DNA of 64,000 nucleotides, taken from Botryllus schlosseri (taxonomy: Eukaryota). Shown piece after piece: positions 1-12,405 of the stretch (position 1 is its first letter; each line of letters begins with the position of its first letter). The notes beneath the pieces are model-generated. The model had not been told where the DNA came from, made no database searches, and worked only from the letters and a program-made list of their open reading frames with translations. The position numbers and the translations under genes were made by a program. Location of the stretch: the NCBI GenBank assembly GCA_051294905.1, contig CM119372.1, forward strand, positions 38,380,001 to 38,444,000, given 5' to 3'.

Positions 1-226
1 CCGATTCCTTATTTTCGATTCCGTATCCGCCGAGTATCTGCCAACTTGTAGCACGGCCCTCTTCTATGCTTTTTGTAAGACACCGCTTACGCGGATGAGA
101 TGGCGAGGAGGAACCTAGATAAACCTTTAACACTTGGGTAGGAATTCTGGAGTCGACCTCGGTCGGACTAGAACCCACAACCCATTGGTGTTGTAGCTGT
201 AAATTATCCCACTACGCTATCTCGCC
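1..226 (-). mobile_element. tRNA-derived SINE, cut by the window start
   Basis: The minus strand starts GGCGAGATAGCGTAGTGG (A-box-like), followed by GGGTTCTAGTCC (B-box-like). It is homologous to the copies at 54825-55111 and 31672-32784. Confidence 0.75.
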
Positions 227-2283
227 ACATCTCCATTCTTGGCAAGCTACTTAGTAAAGACATACACTTTTACCCGAGAATCAGTGATATCTAGATATCC
301 CGCCGAGAATGTAGGAAAGTATCTTTCGTTGTTGTACTACAACAAATTTTAATTATTTGCACCATAGTACGTCATGTACTGGAATTCATCAGGGCCATAT
401 TTTGTTTAAAAAATATTTTGTCATGTAAAAATTTGTCAGTTTTTGAGTCGAAAAATTTTTTTCAGGGAAAACTACTTCGTAAGGACAGACAGTTCAAACC
501 AAAAATGAGAATAAGTAGTACAATTCTAACATTTTTTGGGAAAACACCTATTTTGCATACGTTAGGTCAAAATTTGGTCAAAATTTAGTTTTTTAAGGTC
601 AAAAAATGTCAAAATTTAAATTTTGTAGTTTTTTAGGTAAAAAAAAATCGCCCTACTTATAAGTCAAGCTATTATTTGAGGTGTTTTCTCGTTGTTTTAC
701 TACTGTGTAATTTTCGATGTACTCAACGTGATTCCTACATCTGTGGGGGGGGGGGGGGATGTAACACGAGACATGGTCAAGTTATTGTGAGCCTCACATG
801 CTCGCTGGGGAGATTTTTCCCTCGTGTCCCGATAGACACTTGTTGAAGTTTAGTGCCTTTGTTGCTCGTAATATGATTGAATCAGTGATCGAAGTTAGGC
901 TAGATTTATGGATATAATGTACTAAAGGACATTATTTGTATGCTCAAGTATGGTATAAGTTCAGGCCATCATTCAGATGATTGTATTTTTATTGTGTAGA
1001 TCAGGGGTTCTCAACTTCCCTTGTACAACGGGCCGCATTTTTACAAATAAAGACCCTGCGGGCCGCAGAATATTATTATCATGTATTTGCGGGCTATTAT
1101 TAAATTCAGGCTACTATAGCCTATTTACCAGTCGTATACTGGCATTTAGTACGTTTTTATGCATTCAGGGGCATTAATGGACAGCGTTCGTAAGTTTACA
1201 GCGGCTGTTTTTTTGTGAGAATATGTATCTTCTAGCGGCGCAAGTAAATCCCTATATGGAGCCTGCATTGCATCCGTTTCCAAGTAGGTAGGTATATGCA
1301 CCCCCAAACCCTTCCAACAGAGAACTGAACTCCTTGTTTCAATGCGTGAGTGAGCAAGTATGAAATTACGGCCACTCTTTCGTTACAGAGGCCATTATCA
1401 TGACTTTCACCTCTCAGTGATATGAGAAGAAGTCTGTTGTTTGGAGTCATTTCTGAGCAAACCAATCCACCCTTCTCCTTTCCTTCCATGGCTGGTGGAA
1501 CCCTGCACCAACAGTTACAGGAGTCAGCTTTGTAAATTTGTTGTTTTTCGCATTTCCTCTGCAAATATGTCTATTCTGATAAAATGCACCCAGATACTCA
1601 GTTGGAATCGGTGGATTCGTCCAATGCTAGGCTAAAGTAGTCTACGCGGCAACACGGTTCAGAAATGCGATGAAAGATCGACCGGCATTGCTGTTACTCT
1701 TCTGGTCACGGTTGAATCAGACAACTGTAGCTTCGAAATTTGTCAGGTCATGATGTCATCGCTGCTAAGTTCGGGAAACAGCGAATATTCGCAGAGTATA
1801 TTGAAGTCGTATTGAAATCGCACCTTCTCTAGCAGATTTCTTTGGTTTAGCGATATTCTGAGCACTTTTGAACAATGCGTCTGTAACGTCGCTGCCAATT
1901 TTTACAATGCCAGAGATATGGGTTGCTGGGCTTGCCATCAAGCTAGCATCGTTTTTTCTAAGATCAGGCGATATGTGAAACTCCAGAAGAAACAGGCGTG
2001 GTATCATTTTAAGCTTCGCCGCTTCGTTACGACAACTGTTCTTTGACAAATATGACACATCGGTTTTCCATTTATATGTGGGAAAGCAAATTCATTGCTC
2101 CACGCAGAGTTAAAAACCCAGCTTTCGACGTTCTCGTTCCTAGTACTTATGTCTGCTCAAACCATTCACGGTGTGTGAAACACTTTTTAAAAGTGTTCTA
2201 CGCAGCGGGATTCTCTTGAAGCAGAGTGCAGCCGAATACTGATTCAAAACAAAATCAATCTAAACTTCAGCATAGGCCTATAT

Positions 2284-3569
2284 CAGGGGCGGGCAACTTC
2301 TCGAGTCGGCGGGCCGGATATAAGAAAATTAAGTGCTTGGCGGGCCGGATTGCACATTATTCTCCATTCATCCACATATAGGCTACAACGAATAAATCGT
2401 TTTAAATGAATGTATTTTAACGACAGCAATGTCACTTCAAAGCCATTACTCGCCGATAATGACGAAGACAATGTGAATTTGAGAATAGCATCGTCATACA
2501 GGCACCACCATGTCTGCTTCAATCTGATCAATCAACACACGGTGCAATCCCTAATTAAGATTTCAAGGCGTTCGATGACCCCGGTACCCCTAATTTACGA
2601 AGATATCAATTCATTAGGGTGGAGTAGGTGATGAGATAACGTCGTTGTTCAACTGTGTGGCCAGATTATTCTCGGTATTGAATTCATGAGGTCCGCGTCC
2701 TCTACGAAATTTGAAAAGTGGCCTTCGACCCGTTTTGAGTTGGCGACCCCTGGTATAAGCGGTGTCTTACTAGGGTTACCATGCGTCCTCTTTAAGAGGA
2801 TTTGTCCTCTTTTTTGACTTTTATGAAAGTGTCCTCGTGGGACGCCCAAATGTCCTCTTTTTGGAGAATTTTGGTTAAATACGTGGCAAAATCGACTGAG
2901 ATACAGTAAATTAGCACTGAAGTAACGCTCCAGCGGTTATTTCGGGAGATGAGCCGGAAAGTTGACCTTTTTTTTAGTCAACCAACTGGTAATGTGAAAG
3001 GAAAAACTGTATTTTGGGCGCTGGGCGAGAAAATTGACCATTCTTTTTTTAGTCAAACGACCACGAAGTGGGAAAAATTTACCATTTTTCCGGATTTTCC
3101 TCCGGTTTTGTAAGTCTGAAAATTTTAAAAAAGTTTCCTCTTTTCAGATTTCCAAAATATGTTAACCCTACGTCTTACAAAAGCCTAGAAGTGTGCCGTG
3201 GTACAATAAGTCGGCGGTTACGAAATGAAAAATAAGAAATATCAGCCAGGTGTAAATTACCATTGTAGTCGACAAACACCATGATTACCACAAACGACAT
3301 TATGGTTGAGTACATCGGGGCCTAGGCCCCGAGTACATCGTAAATGCCGATAATGCAAATCTTCTCGCTTCGGCAAACTTACGCGTAACCTCCACTCTCG
3401 CACTCTGCGCATACAAGTATATCATAACATACAGTCACTAAATTTGGAGGTAGTAAGCAAGTAGTGGGAAAGCTCGGCAGACTGGGGCCGCGGGCCACAT
3501 TATCATGTTAGACGGAAAACTCTCCGCGGGCCGGACAAAATCCCGCGGGCCGTATGTTGCCCACCCCTG
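2284..3569. mobile_element. Non-autonomous hAT (Charlie-like) element nested in 1002-3753
   Basis: TIR CAGGGGCGGGCAAC / GTTGCCCACCCCTG with one mismatch. Perfect TSD GCCTATAT (2276-2283, 3570-3577). Confidence 0.88.
2771..3170 (+). mobile_element. hAT MITE of the TAGGGTTACCAT family, nested in 2284-3569
   Basis: TIR TAGGGTTACCAT / ATGTTAACCCTA. TSD TGTCTTAC / CGTCTTAC. Paralogous to 16335-16660 and 21404-21708. Confidence 0.85.
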
Positions 3570-4226
3570 GCCTATATCATGATACCAGAACACATCAAAG
3601 AATGAATAATTAAACGACACAGAGACAGTGCGATAAGAAAGCTAAGTAGCTAAATTAATGTAACAATTCTGTGCCAGTAGTAATTGCTTCCGTAATGAAA
3701 GATGTCGCAGGCCGCAAAAGAAACGTCTGCGGGCCGCGGGTTGAGAACCCCTGGTGTAGATTGTAAGTTTAGAGCCTAGAGAGTTAACTGTTGTTAACCG
3801 CTATTGTGACCATTGCCTCGACGTTGACGTGATCTCTCTGTATAGTAAATTGCTATCCTATTCTATAATTGTTTGAGTTACATTTGACCGGGTCTCAGGG
3901 GTAGGCTCGGATTATAGGAAGCAAAGAAAGTGAGGTAGTAGTCTCAATTCGAGTTAGCAAGCTACTCGACAAGCCTAAATTGTTACAGCCAAAACTCTAA
4001 TCAAGTAAACATAACGAACTATCGTTTGAGCTAGGCAACGACCAAAACGTACGTTATAGACTCGACTATCCCTCCTTGAATACATATGTATGTTTTATCG
4101 AGATACTTTATCGGTCAATACACGGTCATTTCACCTGTTTTCTCGTCCTCACTACGAAATCCCGTAATCATAGTACCCAACCGAAACAATTAGGGAATCA
4201 AAGACCCAAGAACATGTGGAATATAA

Positions 4227-5264
4227 CATTGGTCAACACACATTTTGGTGCCAAGAAAGTTTCAACGGATTTAGGGTATTTGTAGGTCGTTGAATCCAAA
4301 AATGACATTAGTTTTTGCTGATTTGGCTCGATTTTTTTGAATATTCCATAGTTATGGTTCGAAAAGTGCTGAAAATACGCTAATTGTGACATAGGTAAAA
4401 TGCTCTTTGTATACTATGGATCTTTGTAAGCAACGGTTTTCGGGCATTCTTATGTCGCTGAATCCGAAAATGACATTAGTTTTTCCGAATAGACCCTATT
4501 CTTTGAGATATTCCACATTTTTGTTTGGAAAACTGCTCAAAATACGCAAATTTTGGCATAGGTAAATTTCATTATATACACATTAACTTCGATGAGTTCA
4601 CATCTGTCTCTTTGAGTGTGTGTAAGTGCATATACATGTTCTATTTCTGAAGCGATATCGTTGAAGACGCAATAGTTAACGCAGAGAGCCTTCTTCACGC
4701 CAGTCCCGTTTCATGTCAAAATCAAGCAAAAACTACAAAAGTTAGGCGATATTAGCGGTAAACAACGAATTTTTGTAAATCAAAAACAGGTGCCGTCAAA
4801 GCCCAAACACTACGTTCAGTAACGCTCAAAGTTCAGTTAGTAAGCTGTCAACGCACTCTAATCACTCATATACCTCCATTTTCAGTAAAAGCCCTTTGAT
4901 GTCTTTGCAGTAAAAAAGTTCATCTTGTTGGCTAAAATACGGAAGTAATTATTTCTCTCTTCCACGGTAAAATGTTATTCAAGCTCTCTAGTTCGAGGGC
5001 AGTTTTTGTCTATGAGTTTGGTACTTCCTCAGATTGAGGCACAGATCGCCGATAAGATTCTAAATCTGCATGATTCCAAGTATTCTGCGTACGAAGATTG
5101 AACAAAATATATAATAACTAAATAAACAAAAAATATCGATATCTCAAGAAGTAGAGCCAATTCAGAGAAACGGATGTCATTTTCGAACTCAACAGCCCAA
5201 ACATAGCTAAAAATCATTAAAATATCTTTAGCACTCAAAAAAAAGTTTTTTTGTTGGCCAAGTG
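4227..5264. mobile_element. Chapaev-3-like (CMC) non-autonomous element
   Basis: Ends CATTGGTCAAC ... GTTGGCCAAGTG with TAA on both sides. The paralogous host repeat at ~28090-28140 lacks the insert (empty site). Internal ~175-bp direct repeat at ~4280-4570. Confidence 0.7.
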
Positions 5265-5504
5265 TAACTTTAAGTTCCAGAAAAGCTGTGAAATCCACAT
5301 AACATTCCGTGGCCGGCCACAGAGCAGCTCGCAGCATAGTGTCCTATATGGTGTCGACACAAGTAAATCTCACGCCTCAGTGAAATTGTATCACGTCACA
5401 ATTTCCATTTGGCTAGAGGCAATTTGACGGTCATTTTTGACCGGCTTGCCGAGCATTAAATTTGGTAAAACGGACGGACAATTAGAGGACAATATAGGAC
5501 ACTA

Positions 5505-6062
5505 TGGTGTCGACACAGGCAAATCTCACGCCTCAGTAAAATCGTATCAAGTCACAATTTCCATTTGGCTACAGGCAATTTGACTGTCATTTTAGACCGG
5601 CTTGCCGAGAATTAAATTTGGGAAAACGGGTATCAATGGAAAGCTGACTCTGCACTGATTACGAAAATATAAATTTTATTCCGCTCGTGGCCCTAGAACT
5701 TCCACAATCAGCCTCGAATTTTTTATTGTTATGGAGATAGGCATTGGGACGCAACAATGCTGTCTGGCGAAACGAGAAAGTAGCTCAAGAGAAAAAGAGC
5801 CGGAAAGCATTGTTGCGTCCCAATGCCAATCTCCATAACGATGAAAAATTCCGTGCTGATTGTGGGAGTTCCAGGGCCACGAGCGGAATAAAATTTATAT
5901 TTTCGTAATCAGTGCAGAGTCAGCTTTCGATTGATACTCGTTTTACCAAATTTCATGCCCGGCAAGCCGGTCAAAAATGACCGTCAAATTGCCTGTAGCC
6001 AAATGGAAATTGTGACGTGATACAATTTCACTGAGGCGTGAGATTTGCCTGTGTCGACACCA
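5505..6062. repeat. Foldback (palindromic) MITE with ~256-bp arms
   Basis: 5505-5760 is the reverse complement of 5807-6062 (TGGTGTCGACACAGG...GCAACAATGC), with a 46-bp spacer. A partial third copy lies at 5349-5473. Confidence 0.9.
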
Positions 6063-6143
6063 CTGAGCTATATAAACACTGGAGTTCGCTACTCGCGATA
6101 TTTGCGTGATCAATTAGCCGCCATCTTTGAGTTAAGTTGATAG

Positions 6144-8102
6144 CAGGGCTGTGGAGTCGGAGTCGGATTCTGAGTAATTTCCGCTTGATATAGTCGGAGT
6201 CGTGAAAACTATAATAGCTGGAGTCGGAGTCGTGGGGAAAATACTGACTGGAGTCGGAGTTTGTGAGAATGACCCTGACTTCGACTCCGACTCCAACTTC
6301 TCCATCATGAAAATATTTGCTTTCAAAGAATTTTCAATAGAATTTTAATGTACCACCAATCACTGTTATTAATAACCTTAGCCATGCAGATCAGGTGCGG
6401 CAAGCCCGTGGCACGCAGGCCAAATTTGGCACACGAGAAGGTTAAGTGTGGCGTGCGAGTTAATTCTCGAAATTATTTATGACATCAGGTACAATTGCAG
6501 GGCCAACCAAAATTAGATTAGCATGACCGCGAAATTTGATGATGACTAAAACAACAGTTCTGACGCATTGACGTATCCAGGGGTCAGCCACATTTATCCT
6601 AGATCTTCGTATATGACCATAAAGTAGAATATTTCATAGCAGATTTATTTGATTCGAAATTTTTCTCGGTACTTCGCATGATTCATTGTCACTAGATTTC
6701 TTGCATTCAGTATTTGAGCCCCCTTCTGAAAATTATAAATACATATTATTCACAGAATTGAGTCTAACTATATTCGCAATTTGGAGATAACGTGTCGTCC
6801 AGCATGCGGCTTCGCTTGTGCACTCGCAGCGAGATCGTCGACAAAACATTTGCACAAAATACTAGAGGCATGTTCACTGATAGGCCTACTGTCGATTTTG
6901 CTGTCTAAACGTCGAATAATCATGTCCTTGCCAAATGAGCCCAGTGGTATACAGATGCGACCCCCAATGTATGTTAGCAACATATTTATTGGTATAATTC
7001 ATTATATTGCAAAAAAATTTCGCGCTTCGCGCGACCAGGGCCTGATTGCACACTGCACAGTTGCATGACATATTGTTATCAATTTTAGAGCGTATTAATA
7101 TAAGTCTTGTTTGCAATGTTACCTAATTCGGTTCGCTCCTATCGGACGACTAAAAAAAGGTTATCAACATTCCAGTTGCCCGCGCAATGGTTCGTAAATC
7201 TCATGTGTACCTTTTGTGCCCACCCCTGATATAGATAAAATTAGCCATTACTTGCAAATTACAACTCAGTTGCAGAGGGGAAGAAAATCGCAATATGCGT
7301 TTTCGCGATGCAGTCAAAATTGATGCAGTTTTTGGAATTATACCATGATACTGTGACAGAGCAAATGCATCGGCTGGTTTTGTAAAATTGTAAAAATGAT
7401 GTAAATATGACCAAACGATGCTTCCCACTTGACAAAATTGAAAATATTTGTAGTGTAGCTTAGCTGTTTGGGTCGAACAAATGATTAAGAAAGACTGCAA
7501 GTCCCAATCCTTTAATACTTGATTAAGTACATGTAGACTAGACATAGGCTATGTTCTTTGACTACGTAACTAAATTCTATTTATGACCAATGACTGTTAG
7601 TAGTAAGAGTGTGTGTGCTTGTAATCAGGATAGTGTGCAATGACAAAATTAGTAAGTTCAATCTCTTTATTTGTAGCTGACTCATACACAAGAGCTACAC
7701 TTGGAATTTTTATCTACATTATCATTATACAGGATTGGATATCTGCCATATTTGAATGATTCATACATTTCAGGATATTAGAGAGTCCATGTTATAAAAA
7801 CTTGAAAAGGGAAGGATAGTTAGCAAATCTTTCTTTCATGTTAATTGCATAGTGGATAATTCGAGCTGTGCTACAATGAAACAATTTGGTATGCCACCGT
7901 TAATCATATGTTTGCACATGTTTAATGGTTGTATGATAGTCATTCAACCGACAATGTGGCATATAATTTTCGTAGTAAATTGGTAATAATGCTGGAGTCG
8001 GAGTCGGTACGTTTAAAGACCCAGGAGTCGGAGTCGGTATATTGAAAATGTGCGGAGTCGGAGCCGGAGTCGGTGGTAAAATTTACCGACTCCACAGCCC
8101 TG
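6144..8102. mobile_element. Non-autonomous hAT element with GGAGTC subterminal repeats
   Basis: 17-bp TIR CAGGGCTGTGGAGTCGG. Perfect TSD GTTGATAG (6136-6143, 8103-8110). Confidence 0.9.
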
Positions 8103-10358
8103 GTTGATAGTTGCGCGGTAAGCTTGTAGTCAAGGCAAAAGTGGTTGGGTGACTGACTGTTTTGATTACTCGTTGGCCTGGAGGTATCGATTTCGATGGT
8201 CCGGACAGGATAAGGTTATATATGTGTCACCGTATGTATTCATTCACAAATATCTTCCTGATGTAGATTGCTTAACTCGTTGTATCCAGGTAAATAAACA
8301 TATGCTTCTGCTCAAAAATTCCTGGCCTTGAGTGCTGTTTTCACAATTACTGGGATAAGGCAATCATGACATTGATAATTCGATTTGGATATGATACCGT
8401 TGATCCCAAGGGAGCGTGGTGATGTTGTCTTCTTTATCCCTACAGCTTCAGTTTCAGGTACTGTGTATGGCAATTTGATTTGGATATGATGCCATCATTC
8501 CTTGGACAGCTTGCTGATGTTGTCTTTTTACTCATTATAGCTTCCGTTTCATGTACTGCGTCCTCGAATTGTTGATAGAAGCACACACTGTAATTTACTA
8601 TTCTTACAAATCTTTAAAACCACGATACAGGCACTTTTCAAGCGTAGACAAATAACCAAGCTATCAAATGATTGCAATGGATAATGTCAGTTTCGTTGTT
8701 ATTTTCCAGATACTGTATCTATAGCTAGTAAAAGCATCTATAGCTATGACAACCAGCTTCAAGTTAACCGGAGACTGCCTCAGAATTACCCTTGCCTTGA
8801 TACGAAATCTCACCACAATGGCGCTGATGTCAATGCTATTGCTGGCAGCTACGTGGTGGCTATGAATACTGCTGATGCAGGAAAATTCAGCATCATGTGA
8901 CATGGCAAAGGCACAGCTACAATCAAATTTATACCATCTAATTGTTATTCTACTTATTCATTGTGTCAAAGTGGTCCAAATATATCCTAGACAGTGAAAG
9001 TGGGGATATGTGAGTTATGTGTTGCAGTAAGGGTCAGCAATTTTTTGCAGAGGTGATCAAATGACAGAAGTAATATCTTTATATCATTGAATGAGAGAAA
9101 CAAGATGAATGCACAAGTCCTTATTTAGATCGGGGTAGAATTGCCTAGTGCTCACTGCAATTGACGCTATGTTGGTTACAGCAATCTGCGCTCTGAGAGT
9201 TTATAATCGTTATTGATCTTATCAGCGACAATAGAGATGAGGTGTGAAAGCATTTCCTACTCGGTGCGTTTTTGGATCAACCATTTCTGGGATCACGCGG
9301 TTGCTGCCTACCCGATCACTTTCTTCCGGCGCTGTAGGCCTACTGTCTCGTACCAAAATACTGACCTTTCGTTTTCAGAAACACCAGCCTTTCGTTTTCA
9401 TAAACGTCTTTCTGTTAACGAAATATTATAAAAAAGTAAAAAATGATGAACACAGAGAAACACATTCAATTAATTGTGATGCTCTTCACGTTGCCCTCGA
9501 CGTAATTAAGGGTTATCTGAAATTAAAATGTGGAATAAGTTAAGGCTAAATATCTGCAAACGAGGTATTTTGAACTAACCGATTCAGATTGTAGCTCGAG
9601 AGAAATGGATTGCTTCTTTTTCTCTTTGTTGCGTGGGATCATGACTGAAACGCCCACTCTATGGCGGCGACGTCTGCGCCGTGGTTTGAGGGGGTTGACA
9701 CTGTTTAGAATGAATGCACACCAAATAGACTAATCTTTGTTATGAGCTATGTTAAAAGTGAAAGGGACATAAAATATCTTGTCTGATAAAATTATATATC
9801 TGTCACTTTTCACTCCATGGGCTATTGTATTCAAGATTGAGGTAGCTTTCTAAAGCTAAAGCAGTTCAAAGGTAAACCTTGAAAAATATTTCTGAATAAA
9901 TAAATTGACAGTTTCGCACAAAGCTATAAGGACTATAGATGAACTCGGCTATGGAATTTGCAAATTCCACAGTATTTGTTTAGCATCTGAAAAAGATATT
10001 TCTTTTTAACTATGCTGAAGAAAACCCATAGGCCATTAATTGTATCGTTTCCTTGTAGTCCTACTCTTGCCTACATAGCATAAGCAAGAATTGAATACTA
10101 AACTGATTACTGCCCCAACTGCTTGTACTCAATCATGGACAGAATACGAAGGGTGAGATGGACATTATTACAGATATTGATGATGAACATTACATAGCTG
10201 ATATGGTGACACGGATTTCTGCTGGTAGTCTGGCCTGGTCATTTCGTTCATATATCTGCGACTAAATGTTCTGCTATCACTTTACCATGACCTATATATT
10301 ACAACTGCGGCTGATCTGGACATGTCTGGCTGCTATGCTTATTCTGTTATTCACTTAC

Positions 10359-10522
10359 CAATGGAAAGTTCTGGGGTATCGACGCTTTACTATCGACTCT
10401 CCATCACTACTGCCGTCACTATTACTTCTTGCATACGATTCATTGGATATCTTCTTCCGCCTTTTACTGCACCCATAGGCACAGCAAAGACTACCACCTG
10501 ATGAACGGACTATCTTCGACAT
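10359..10522 (-). pseudogene. First exon of a THAP-domain (P-transposase/THAP9-like) gene
   Basis: Hand translation: MSKIVRSSGGSLCCAYGCSKRRKK...KRRYPRTFH, then TG|GTAAGT splice donor. CxAxGC...FH is the THAP N-terminal signature. Downstream exons were not identified. Confidence 0.65.
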
Positions 10523-10802
10523 GTCGAATTACACAGAATATCAATATACGGACACGAGATATTGGGCTGAAACAAATTCTGAATGTTAGAATAATTAGTC
10601 ACTCAAAGCTCCATACGCATAAAATACTACAGACCCAATACGAATCAAATATATTTAAACACTGACCGCTTTTCCATTAGTCCCTGTACTAAATCACTTA
10701 ACCCTGTACCCACAATGCATCTGCCCATGGGGATCACGCAAATTTGCTTAGCCGGAGATAGCAGTAGTTCGGGGCTTGGTCGACAATATGTAGGACACTA
10801 TG

Positions 10803-12405
10803 CTCGCAGCTAGCTGTGGCAGGTGGCTCCCCTGATCTGATATGTTTTTCCAGCGGAATAGGTGGATAGTTGCAAACAATTCCAGTTTGTTATCTTTCGA
10901 ATAGCTGTGAACTGAAAAATGCCGGTCTGATACAATCCTTCAATTCTATTTCAGGTCTATGACACGTCCGCGATATACGGTTATATAAATATTTGATTAT
11001 CGTACTGCTATACATACGACATTCGCTATCCTCAACATCAATGGAGCTTGCACTCATATTGTTGGACGATGAGAATCGTGTCGATGAATCTATGAATATT
11101 TCCATGCTGTAGCAGCACTTGAACTCGACAAACTGCAGATTTGCTGCATATGTGAAAAAGGCATATATGTAGCATAACCTACCGGTACTATTGTATCCCA
11201 TGTCGCTGTTAGATCATGCTGCTTACCGATGTGGTGGGCATAATAAGACGAAAATGTGCCTGCGCTATATAATCGAATTACTGTTATAATAATAGATGAC
11301 TCCAGATACTTTGCGTCATCAAATGCAGCACCATCGATCGATGAGAAAATGCCTATGCCAAGCCTGCGTGTTGACCAATAGTCAATATGTATTTGTGGTT
11401 GATGCAAAGACCAATGGAATGCTTCCCGCAATCAATGTTCAGGGAACAATATTGATGACACAGACAAGTTCCAATCGTTCATTGTAGTTTAACATCTGAA
11501 TGCAGTGCAAATACTTATCACCGTGTAAAGTGCATCTGACCTGTCGTGTTTTCTGTGAGAAGCATGTATTCGGCATATTGCATTTAACTACTTGTATATA
11601 AATGATTGTAATCATATATTTAATTGCTTTCGATTTTGTGAAATTGGTAACGGAATAAACGAACATTTTGAAGCAAAGTATGGCGGTTTCATTATGTAGA
11701 ATAGTAAGGAGGGGCAGGGAGTCAGATTATCAACGTCTGCATCACTAATGGGCTTGGGCGATCGAGATGCGAAGAAACTGCAAGGCTATCAAGTCTACAC
11801 CACGGTTTTATTCCTCCACGCAATCCCAGTGCGTTGGGCGCCTGGCGTGAAAACTGTGGACACCAGTTTTCATGTAAAGTGGTTTGTTTATTTGTCTGAC
11901 CGAGCAATAAGGTGTACGCTCTAAAATTACTCTTTCAACTATCTAGTAAGTTCAAGGAACACATGTTCCAGTGGTGTTAGTTTACAGCGCACCACCCAGA
12001 GTAATTTTTCAATAGTCAGAAGGAATTAAATTCATGTATACAGCGAACACAGAAGGTAAACATGTGTAAAGCCGTGTTAATTTTGAACCCATCCCCAAAC
12101 TACTCATTGAAGTGGTAATATAACTTAAGTGCGTGCAATATTAGTGGAAGTCGTTTACCAACCAAGCCGCCAGCAATTTCGCAGTGCAAATGAAGAAGAT
12201 CTACTAGTCAAAGTGGACGCAAAGGGCGGATTTCGATCCAACTATATGTGCCAAAATCACGAACTGGCCATGAACTCGTGGCCGGCCACGAGGAATTCGT
12301 TTGACCGGCCATGAAATTCACTGTGGCCGACCAGGAGACAAAGCTTTTTCATGGCCTGCCACGAGATATTCGTTGCCGACCACGGGGAAGCTGTTACCCC
12401 TACTG
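10803..12405. mobile_element. Right part of an unclassified repeat ('family H') with GGCCGGCC subterminal motifs
   Basis: Collinear with 29686-30247 plus 43147-44236. Ends GGGGAAGCTGTTACCCCTACTG, like the end at 44236. Upstream parts lie at ~4050-4226 and 5265-5334. Confidence 0.65.

Larger units (their letters stand above)
1002..3753. mobile_element. Non-autonomous hAT (Charlie-like) element holding nested insertions
   Basis: 14-bp TIR CAGGGGTTCTCAAC / GTTGAGAACCCCTG. Perfect 8-bp TSD GTGTAGAT (994-1001, 3754-3761). Confidence 0.9.
5335..10802 (-). mobile_element. P-element-like DNA transposon (THAP-bearing, degraded, with nested inserts)
   Basis: TIR CATAGTGTCCTA / TAGGACACTATG. 7-bp TSD CTCGCAG (5328-5334, 10803-10809). 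The host repeat resumes after it, and an empty paralog lies at ~28160-28200. A THAP exon sits near the right end. Confidence 0.7.
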
